From contig OX597841.1 in NCBI GenBank assembly GCA_951406725.2, forward strand, positions 19,096,001 to 19,160,000: DNA of 64,000 nucleotides, written 5' to 3'. Numbering within the stretch: the first letter of the stretch is position 1; the number at the start of each line of letters is the position of its first letter. Below the pieces are notes generated by a model. It was not told the origin of the DNA, did not search any database, and saw only the letters and a list, made by a program, of their open reading frames with translations. Source of the stretch: Octopus vulgaris. Its lineage: Eukaryota. Both the position numbers and the translations under genes were made by a program. Of this stretch, positions 54,591 through 64,000 are shown one piece after another.

Positions 54591-54644
54591 ATTCTGTAGA
54601 ATATAGGACTGGTTTGCAGCAACGACAGGTGGAAAGTAAAGTTG

Positions 54645-54935
54645 TTGTTTTGGTGGTGGCGGTGGTGGCGGTGTGGTGGTGGTGGTGATAGTGGTGGTGG
54701 TGGTTGTTGTTGTTGTTGTTGTTGTGATGGTGGTGGTGGTGGTGGTACTTGTGGTGGTTGTTGTTGTTGGTGTGTTTGTGGTGGTGGTGGTGGTGGTGGT
54801 GATGTTAGTTGTTGGTGTTGTGGTGGTGTTGGTTGTTGTGGTTGGTGTTGTGGTGGTGGTGGTTCTTGTGGTGGTGGTGGTGGTGGTGGTGGTGGTGGTG
54901 GTGGTGTTCGTCATCCTCGTCGTCGCCGTCCTCAT
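54645..54935. repeat. (GGT)/(GTT) trinucleotide tract
   Basis: Direct reading. Confidence 0.9.
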
Positions 54936-55941
54936 CACTGTGACTGTGACAGTAGCAGGGGGTGGGGACAGTTGCTGATCTTGTTTCTGTTTTGGTAGTT
55001 GTTGGTGGCGTTCCCATTTAGCCTGGAAGAGAAGGAAGCCCTAAAGGACCCCTTACTTTTTCAGGCTCTCTTAAGACCAATTAGCAAGGGTTTTATCTTC
55101 AGAACCAGGCCCTTGGTCTAAGTGTCCCACCAAACACAGGGGCCCACCCAAGGGTACCAGGTGTTGGTGTTAAACTGGGCCATTGTATATTGTTGTTCTT
55201 ATTGTTTTGGGTTGGCAAAATCTTCTGTGTGAGCCCTCAATTACTGCAACAGTTCCCTCAACGACTGGACCTTTTCTTCAGGACCAAAAGTTCAATCTCC
55301 AACAATTATTGACCCTCTACACAGGGCTGCATTTCACCACCTGATCCCAAAGCTTTGAAAACCCTAAATATATAACTGTTATGGACCTGCAGACCTGTTG
55401 GGGGCCATTCATAGTTTACTGGAAAAAGAAGGTGCATGGGGCCCCTGATTGTAAGGTCATAAGCTTGATACTCCGTGGCACATTGTGTCATGGAGCAAGA
55501 AGCCTTGTGGATTTCCCGCTGCTCTTGTCTATTCAGCTGGCAAAAATGGGATGAGCCCTTAATTCAAAAGGGGCCAAACTTGTCTCATTCTGTGTTACGC
55601 CAAATCTCCCTAGGAACTACATTAAGGGTATGTGAGTCTGGAGAGGGCTCAGCCCACTTGCATGTTAACTTCACAGTCTGTTGCAGCGATCAGATCAACT
55701 AGAACCATCGCAGTCGCAACCTACGGATCGCCATTCTAAAGAGCTCAAGAGGGATCCAAATGCTGTTCATATCAAGACAACCCAATTGCACTCCACTCTC
55801 TTAATCATACCCCACCCTCAACTATGAAGGGTGTCCACTATCTCTAAGGGTCTCTCCTGGGGAAAGCACATTCTTATTCATAGCTAGGAACATGGTGCAA
55901 AATAGAGTGCTGCTATAACAAATGAGATAGTGCCATGTGAT

Positions 55942-55974
<33 letters not shown>

Positions 55975-56117
55975 TAGATAGGACTCTGAGAGTGCAATGG
56001 GTGCCATTTACATGCCACCGCACAAGGGCCAGTCAGGTAGCACTGGCAATGACCACACTCAAATGGCGCTTTTTATGTGTCACTGGGCACAGGAGCCAGT
56101 CAGGCGGCACTACCATC

Positions 56118-56520
56118 AGGAGTGGCTGTGTGGTAAGTAGCTTGCTTACGAACCGCATGGTCCCGGGTTCAGTCCCACTACGTGGCACCTTGGGCAAGTG
56201 TCTTCTACTATAGCCTCGGGCTGACCAAAGCCTTGTGAGTGGATTTGGTAGACGGAAACTGAAAGAAACCCGTCATATATATGTATATATATATATGTAT
56301 CTGTGTGTTTGTGTGTCTGCGTTTGTCCTCCCAACATCACTTGACAACCGATGCTGGTGTGTTTACGTCCCCATAACTTAGCGGTTCAGCAAAAGAGACC
56401 GATAGAATAAGTGCTAGGCTTCCAAAGAATAAGTCCTTGGGCCGATTTGGTCGACTAAAGGCGGTGCTCCAGCATGGCCACAGTCAAATGACTGAAACAA
56501 GTAAAAGAGAGAGTAAAGAG
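56118..56520 (+). mobile_element. tRNA-SINE family B, preceded by an RTE 3' UTR fragment (55985-56112, -)
   Basis: Homology to other B copies and to 41420-41530. Confidence 0.85.
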
Positions 56521-56530
56521 TATATGTATC

Positions 56531-56582
<52 letters not shown>

Positions 56583-56639
56583 GATACATATACTCTTTAC
56601 TCTCTCTATATATATGTATATGTATATGTATGTATATAT

Positions 56640-56810
56640 AGATTCAGATGAACATGGTACCTAAGTTGAGGCACCGGAATTTAGTGCAGTATTATCCATA
56701 CAATTTCAAAGTAAGGTGATTAAAATCAAAATAAGCAACAAGGACATCCAGAGGTAAAGCTGTACGATCGTTTCATGCAACTCCATTTAATTGAATAATG
56801 CAATCGTTAC
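56640..56810 (-). mobile_element. 5'-truncated copy of the 4551/43340 family with a hammerhead 3' half
   Basis: gattcagatgaacatggtacc...agcaacaaggacatcca...tacgatcgtttcatg (minus strand GAAAC GATC GTA). Confidence 0.7.
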
Positions 56811-57044
56811 ATCAATTCAAAATGCAGAGCAATCCTCAGTTGCACAAAGACAAAGATAGATAGATATGTAGAGAGATAGACAGACAGACAGATAGATACA
56901 TAGATAGATAGGTAAGTAGGTAGGTGGGTATATAAATAGATAGGTAGATAGATCTTTATACATATTGATACATATGTGGTTGTGTTTTTGAGAAATGTGT
57001 GAATATACTCTCAAGGGGCAGGGGGAATGGGTGGCAGGACAGTA

Positions 57045-57145
<101 letters not shown>

Positions 57146-58079
57146 TATTGTTGATGTATTGAACGTGCATTCAAATGGCTATTTGAGACCTATTCCACAC
57201 CTGTGCATTTCACTAATTCTTGTTTCATTTACTTTATTCATATATATGTATGTGTGTGTGTGTATATGTATAAGTATGGATATGTACATGTGTATGTGTA
57301 TATATATATATGTGTATGTATGCATGTATATGTATGTGTATGTGTATTTATATACTTATATATATATATATACATACACATATACACACACACATACATA
57401 TACATACACACACACAAACACACACACACATACACATACACACACACATTCAGTACAATTAACCATTGTCTCTGCGTAATGGTGTTTACTTAATCTTGTT
57501 TGCCCTCTCTGCTGCCAAAACACCAGGCAACCAACTGACCAGCTGGCTAGCCAGCCAGCCATGCCAACTAACAATCCCCGCCCCCACCTCTGCCCTTCCC
57601 TCCTGAAACACCACCAACCACCCAACCAACCGCCCAACCAACCGCTATGAACATGCGATGTCCGCCAGTGGGATGTTACCTAGACTCACTCTGTGCCAAT
57701 GAAAACTGAACATACACAACTTGTGAATAACATGTGGCATGGCTGTGTGGTAAATAGCTTTGCTTCCCAGCCACATGGTTCCAGGTTCAGTCCCACTGCA
57801 TGGCACCTTGGGCAAGTGTCTTCTATTATAGCCTTGGGCCAACCAAAGCCTTGTCAGTGGATTTTGGTTGATGGAAACTGAAAGAAGCCCATTGTACATA
57901 AATATATATATATATTTTTTTTTACTTATTTATTTATGCACCCTTTTCAAGCCAAGCCAGGCTCATGGGCCCGGTTTCCCAGTTTCTGTGGCGTATGTGT
58001 TCCCCCAGCTGGACAGGACGCCAGTCCATCGCAGCATTACTCAAGAAACAGGAAGAAAGAGTGAGAGAAAGTTGGAATA

Positions 58080-58341
58080 TGATGCAGGTGGTAATTTCCC
58101 ATATATTTGTACTTTGGTTGGATGATGCTTCCACGAGAGATTTTGAGCTCTCATAAGGAGGCGAGTGTAGGTTCCATCCTACCGCCTCTCAGGCTTCTTT
58201 GATAACGTCCAGGTTTCTGAGCCATAGAGTAGAATTAGTTCGACTGTGGCTTTGAAGATTTTAAGTTTGAAATCTCTACTTAGATTTGATGACCAGATAT
58301 TATGCATATCATTACATGCTGACCAGGCCATACCCTTTCTA
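58080..58341 (-). mobile_element. RTE-group LINE ORF fragment
   Basis: RKGMAWSACNDMHNIWSSNLSRDFKLKIFKATVELILLYGSETWTLSKKPERR*DGTYTRLLMRAQNLSWKHHPTKVQIYGKLP. Confidence 0.85.
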
Positions 58342-58350
58342 AATATGAGT

Positions 58351-58617
58351 TGAGGTTCACTACAGCTGTTTCAAACATGTTTTTTTTATTGATAAACAGA
58401 TCATCATGTAAAAAAATGTATATTGTTTCTCTCTCATCTGGGTGAGATCAGATAGTTAATATACATTCTATATTCTGTATTTTTTGTGTAAAATCCTAAA
58501 AGTTGAATATATTTTAGTTTTTAATTCAACTGAAGAGAACAGTTTTTTTTTTTTAAATGATGTATATTGATTTGTTTGTCAACAAAAGCATGTCTGAAAC
58601 AGCTGTAGGAAATCTCA
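58351..58617. repeat. Old inverted pair of decayed long-stem-II hammerhead motifs
   Basis: tacagctgtttc at 58361-58372 and gaaacagctgta at 58596-58607 with aligned flanks; CTGAAGA at 58530 (+) and CAGATGA at ~58434-58440 (-). Confidence 0.55.
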
Positions 58618-58770
58618 CGTCATTTGTGTAATTATTTGTGCGTGTGTGTGTGTGTGTGTAACACACAACAGGCTGAAGGGCAAAGCTGACTTCTTCAGTG
58701 AAATTTGAACTCAGAAAGAAAAAAGAGTCTGTCATCATATTGTTCAAATGATAATACTAATAATAATATT

Positions 58771-59495
58771 GGGAAGAAGAAGAAGAAGAAGAAGAAGAAG
58801 GAGGAGAAGAAGAAGAAGAAGACGAAGAGGAAGAGGAGGAAGAAAAAAAGGGAAGAGGAGGAGGACGCAGGAGGTGAAGGAGAGGAAGGAGGAGAAGGAG
58901 GAGGAAGGGGAAGGGGGAAAAGAAGAAGAGAAAGAGGAGGAGGAGGAGGAGGAGGAAGAGGAGGAAGGGGAAGGGGGAAAAGAAGAAGAGAAAGAGGAGG
59001 AGGAGGAGGAGGAGGAAGAGGAGGAGGAAGAGGAAGCAGAAGAAGAAGAAGAAGAAGAAGAAGAGGAGGAGGAGGAGGAGGAGGAGGAAGGGGAAGCAGA
59101 AGAAGAAGAAGAAAAAAGAAGAGGAGGAAGAAGAAGAAGAAAAAAAGAAGAGGAGGAAGAAGAAGAAGAAAAAAAGAAGAGGAGGAAGAAGAAGAAGAAA
59201 AAAAGAAGAGGAGGAAGAAGAAGAAGAAAAAAAGAAGAGGAGGAAGAAGAAGAAGAAGAAGAAGAAGAAGAAGAGGAGGGGAGGAGAAGGAGGAGGAGGA
59301 AGAGGAAGCAGAAGAAGAAGAAAAAAGAAGAGGAGGAAGAAGAAGAAGAAAAAAAGAAGAGGAGGACGAGGAGGAGGAGGAGGAGGAGGAGGAGAAGGAG
59401 GAGGAAGAGGAAGCAGAAGAAGAAGAAAAAAGAAGAGAAGGAAGAGGTGGAGGAGGAGAAGAAGGAGAAGAAGAAGAAGAAGAAGAAGAAGAAGA
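58771..59495. repeat. ~725-bp polypurine (GAA/GGA) tract with higher-order duplications
   Basis: Direct reading; only a handful of pyrimidines on the + strand. Confidence 0.95.
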
Positions 59496-59738
59496 CAATG
59501 ATGACAATGACAACAACAACAACAGCAACAATGAACCATTCTAACAAAAGCACACCTTTTCTCTTACTTTTTTCTTTTTACCTGTATTTCAAAGTCATTG
59601 TAATAATCTCTGCTCTGCCCTCAACTCTAACATATTTATGTAAGTACACTAAACTCACCTCTATACACCCAGTGTGAAGGAGAGCTCTTTGTTTCAGGAC
59701 TTAGTAACCTAATATCAATATATACAAATATATGCATG

Positions 59739-59780
<42 letters not shown>

Positions 59781-59905
59781 CATACATATAATTATAGAGA
59801 GAGAGAGAAAGGAGGAGAGATAGAGAGAGAGAGATATAGATTTAGGTATGGATATATATACATATATATATATATATATAGATACACACACACACACAAA
59901 TATGC

Positions 59906-59963
<58 letters not shown>

Positions 59964-60018
59964 ATGAATAAGAATTGAATATTCAAGCTTGTCCTCTTAA
60001 AACTTAGTAAACATGATT

Positions 60019-60066
<48 letters not shown>

Positions 60067-60099
60067 CCCATATACACATCTGTATCCGTATCTATATAC

Positions 60100-60140
<41 letters not shown>

Positions 60141-60173
60141 CCCATATACACATCTGTATCCGTATCTATATAC

Positions 60174-60217
<44 letters not shown>

Positions 60218-60610
60218 GTATGAACACATACAAACACACACAAACACATACACACACACATCCGTATCCATATGTGTCGTGTCGTACATGTACATGCTAT
60301 ACCACCACCTACACACACACACACACACACACGCATAGAGCCGTGCATATAGAGCGACTTATTGGAAAACGTTATATCGATCTCAACGGTAGCCTTATTG
60401 ATTTTGTGAGAAACAAACCAACCAACAACAAACAATTGAGGAGTGGTAACAGGAGAGGCACACAAAACAAAGATGGCGTTACCTGATCACTAATGGTAAA
60501 GTGATCTGCTAAAAACAACAGCTGTATCTCATTACTTCAAACCACAATTGTGCTTTTTGATAAAAAGGAGAAAGAACAGAAGGACAAGTTCAGTGGTGTT
60601 TCTTAAAGTG

Positions 60611-60879
60611 TAGCTGTGTGGTAAGTAGCTTGCTTCCCAACCACATGGCTCCAGGTTCAGTCCCACTGCGTGGCATCTTGGGCAAGTGTCTTCTGCTGTA
60701 GCCTTGTGAGTGGATTTAGTAGACAGAAACTGAAAGAAGCCCATTGTTTGTGCGTGTGTATATATATATATATATATATATTTATATAAATATATATATA
60801 TATATAAATATAAATATATATATATTTATATAAATATATATACATATGTACATATATATGTATATATATGTATATATAT

Positions 60880-60976
<97 letters not shown>

Positions 60977-61217
60977 TATACATATATATATATACATATA
61001 TATATATATTGATATATACATATATATATACGTATATATACATACATACATACATACATATATATATATATATTTATATATATATATATGTACATATATA
61101 TATATACGTAGTTGATCAGTTTGTCTACGTGGGAAGCACTATTACTAGATATAGCAATTTCGATGATGAAATTCCATATAGAATTAGGAAAGCAAGTGTT
61201 GCTTATATATATATATA

Positions 61218-61267
<50 letters not shown>

Positions 61268-61500
61268 TAGATATATTTATGTAATCGTGTTTCTGTGTTT
61301 GTCGCACCACCATCACTTGACAATCAATGTTGGTGTGTTTACATCCCCATAACATTAACGGTTCAGCAAAAGAGATTGATAGAGTAAGTACTAGGATTAC
61401 AAAGAATAAGTGCTGGGGTCGATTTGTTCGACTAAAGCTGTTGCTCCAGCATGGCCACAGTCAGATAACAGAAACAATTAAAAGAAACAAAAGAAAAAGG
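60611..61500 (+). mobile_element. Family B SINE with an expanded internal (TA)n containing an RTE RT fragment (61108-61203)
   Basis: Head 60611-60743, tail ~61290-61500; insert reads [32 protein letters not shown] (FxYLGS..DxEIxxRIxKA motif). Confidence 0.7.
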
Positions 61501-62180
61501 GATAAGAAGAATCGTTAGCACCCCAGGCAAAATGCCCTTGTCGTATTTCACCCGTCTTTGTGTTCTGAGATCAAATTCTGCCATGGTTGACTTTGCCTTT
61601 CATCCTATCCAGGGTCAATAAAATAAGTACCAGTCGATGTAATCCACTTATTCCCCTTCGGCTGAAGTTGCTGGCTTTGAGCCAAAATTTGAAATCCTTA
61701 TTTTGGACTAAGAACTTTGCTATGTGACCACATGGTTCCAGGTTCAATCCCAGTGTGTGGCACCTTGACTAATTGTCTTCTGCTATAGCCTCAGGCAGAC
61801 CAAGACGTGCAAGTGGATTTAGTTAATGGAAACTTAAAAAAGCCCATTGTATGTATGTGTGTATATATATATACATATATATTCTTTTATGCTTTTATTC
61901 TTTTATTTGTTTTAGTCATTTGACTGGAGTCATGCTAGTGCACCGCCTTTAGTTGAAACAAATTGACCCAGGAATTTGTAAACCTACTACTTATTCTATC
62001 GGTCTCTTTTGCCAAACAACTAAGTTATGGGGCCATAAACGCACCAGCAGCGGTTCTTAAGCAAAGGTGGTGAGGACAACCATGGACATACAAACACTCA
62101 CTCACACACGCACACACAATTATTCGGTAGCAATGTTAAAACTCCGGCCATCGGAAAAAATGCATCTTTTCCAATGGCCG

Positions 62181-62240
62181 GATAACTGAAGAGATGCTGG
62201 CTTGGATTTCCACCTCAGCATCCGAACTCGGAGTTTTATC
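62181..62240 (+). ncRNA. Hammerhead-like motif (one A of GAAA missing), preceded by a GC-rich hairpin at 62144-62181
   Basis: GATAA CTGAAGA GATGCTG-loop-CAGCATC C GAA CTC G GAG TT TTATC. Confidence 0.65.
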
Positions 62241-62342
62241 ATGGCTACCAAATAATTGTTACATATTACATTTACAGATAAATTCCTCTATTTACATAAT
62301 ATCAAGATCTCTTTCATTCTTTTGTTGTCTTACCATTTCTAT

Positions 62343-62374
<32 letters not shown>

Positions 62375-62379
<5 letters not shown>

Positions 62380-62955
62380 CCAGAAAATGGAGAACACCTC
62401 AGATCAACTAACAAATCAGTTGAAGCAGATCTATAGCTTATTGTTTAATACAAAACATTACATAACATTTATGTGACATAACAATTCTTACAGCCGTTTC
62501 TGCTTCTGATGCTAGTCAGTGCCTATGAAAGAATTGTGAAGATAATATTCTTCATCTTCATAGGATATTCGAACTAGAACATGGAGCTTCTTCAGAATGT
62601 AGTTAAAATATGATGATGAAGAATATTATCTTCACAGTTCTTTCATAGGCACTGACTAGCATCAGAAGCAGAAACGGCTGTAAGAATTGTTATGTCACAT
62701 AAATGTTATGTAATGTTTTGTATTAAATAATATGCTATAGATATGGTTCAACTGATTTGTTAGTTGATCTGAGGTTTTCTCCATTTTCTGGATTATCTAT
62801 ATTTGATTCCTGATAAACTTTCGTTTATTCTGTTGTTGCCTGTACTCTAAGAGCATAGTGTGCATGTATACCCATGGCCAGAGATAACACGGGTAACTGT
62901 TACCAATAGTATATACGGATATTTTATCCCTTAGTTGGTTATTATAACCACTAAC
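62375..62955. mobile_element. Fold-back Penelope-like element (arms 62375-62562 / 62609-62795) with a long-stem-II hammerhead at ~62484-62600 (-)
   Basis: ~187-bp inverted arms. Minus strand CTGAAGA A GCT..ATG..CTAG..CCTATGAAG.TGAAG aatattat CTTCA..CTTTCATAGG..CTAG.CAT..AGC A GAAAC GGCT GTA AGAAT. Confidence 0.8.
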
Positions 62956-62961
62956 ACTGCT

Positions 62962-63169
62962 TGACCGCGTGTGTACTGTTGGCGATTTTTTTCCCTCTGT
63001 CTCCCCTTCTCTGGATCTTTCCTTTTCCTATGTTTCTGATGAAGAGCTCCGCTCAAAACATAAAACCTTCCTTCTTCCCTCCCTTCCTGAGCGTCCAATA
63101 ATACTATATTTGTTCCACGTCCTCGCGTTGTTGTGTTTTCTCTTTGTGTTTTCATGTTTGGATTAACTT

Positions 63170-63214
<45 letters not shown>

Positions 63215-63395
63215 GTATGTATGTCTGTCTTCCCTTCTCTGGATCTTTCCTTCTCCTATGTTTCCGACGAAGAGCTCCACTCGAAACGTTAAACCCTCCT
63301 TCTTCCCTTCCTTCCTGAACGTCCAATAATACTATATTTGTTCCAGCTACTCGCGCTGTGTTTTCTCTTTGTGTTTTCATGTTTGGATTAACTTT
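62962..63395 (+). mobile_element. Two tandem copies of the CCGACGA hammerhead-variant family (motifs 63032-63066 and 63260-63294)
   Basis: GTTT CTGATGA A GAGC tcc GCTC AAAAC ATA AAAC and GTTT CCGACGA A GAGC tcc ACTC GAAAC GTT AAAC, each ending at (TA)n. Confidence 0.75.
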
Positions 63396-63428
63396 ATATA
63401 TATATATATATATGTGTGTCTATGTGTA

Positions 63429-63464
<36 letters not shown>

Positions 63465-63511
63465 TTTATGTATACATATATACATATATAAACACACATA
63501 CGCACACATTT

Positions 63512-63636
63512 GTTATTCTGAAGAGAGAATATTGACAGTGATTTTGAAGCTTTGGCGAGCTAAGCCGTCATCCGTTGAAGACTTAGCTGGTCAAAACTTC
63601 AAAGATACTGTCAATAATGTCCATGTTTAAGAATGA
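63512..63636 (+). other. ~87-nt imperfect hairpin (63530-63616) directly after CTGAAGA; probably a decayed long-stem-II hammerhead
   Basis: TATTGACAGTG/ATACTGTCAATA, TTTGAAG/CTTCAAA, TTTGGC/GTCAAA, AGCTAAG/CTTAGCT; no GAAA downstream. Confidence 0.5.
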
Positions 63637-64000
63637 TGAATTTGTATTGAGTTACCCATCAGATTATTGTAAAATTTGTTTTTATTATAAATGAACATAA
63701 AATCAACCATTAGCATGTTTGTGTCTTTTCCCCACGACTACGTGACAACCAGTGTTGGTTTTTTTTTTAATGTTTCCATGACTTAGTGGTTCTACAAAAG
63801 AGACTGATAGAGTAAGTACCTGGCTTTAAAAAAGAACTACCTTCTGGGGTTGATTCATCCAACTAAAACCCTCTGAGGCAGTGCTCCATCATGGCCACAG
63901 TCTAATGACTGAAGCAACTAAAGAAGTCAAGTGATAGTTGTTAATTTGATTTAAATGATGTGGACATGGTTAATTTTAATGCTTGATTGCAATTTTAATG

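Noticed and set aside
58695-59677. 260-309 aa ORFs (poly-E/R/K/G or poly-S/F/L/P)
   Set aside because: They arise from the GAA/GGA tract, which lacks stops in all frames
60469-60490. AAGATGGCG (YY1-like or start-codon context)
   Set aside because: The frame closes after six codons; a single short motif without other support

Overview
AT-rich eukaryotic non-coding DNA dominated by (TA)n, (CA)n, (TATG)n, (GATA)n and trinucleotide microsatellites. The tRNA-derived SINE repertoire and microsatellite density look like an octopod (Octopus-like) intronic or intergenic region; this is an inference. No host protein-coding gene can be supported, and nearly all supplied ORFs are microsatellite translations. 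Recognisable content: three tRNA-SINE families (many copies, several with TSDs); decayed LINE fragments (Hero-like, R4/Dong-like, CR1-group, RTE); mariner and pogo/Tigger remnants; two non-autonomous Helitrons. The main result is a dense set (about 25 whole, half or decayed motifs found by eye) of type I hammerhead-ribozyme-like motifs: stem I + CUGANGA + stem II + GAAA + palindromic stem III + NUH. They are carried by many different short non-coding elements that mostly sit in (TA)n/(TG)n tracts and often form fold-back inversions breaking inside the ribozyme. This resembles a diversified non-autonomous Penelope-like/retrozyme system. It includes two multicopy families with non-canonical cores (CUGUGGA, CCGACGA) and several with very long stem II hairpins. 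Folds were read manually; activity is untested and coordinates are approximate to a few bases.
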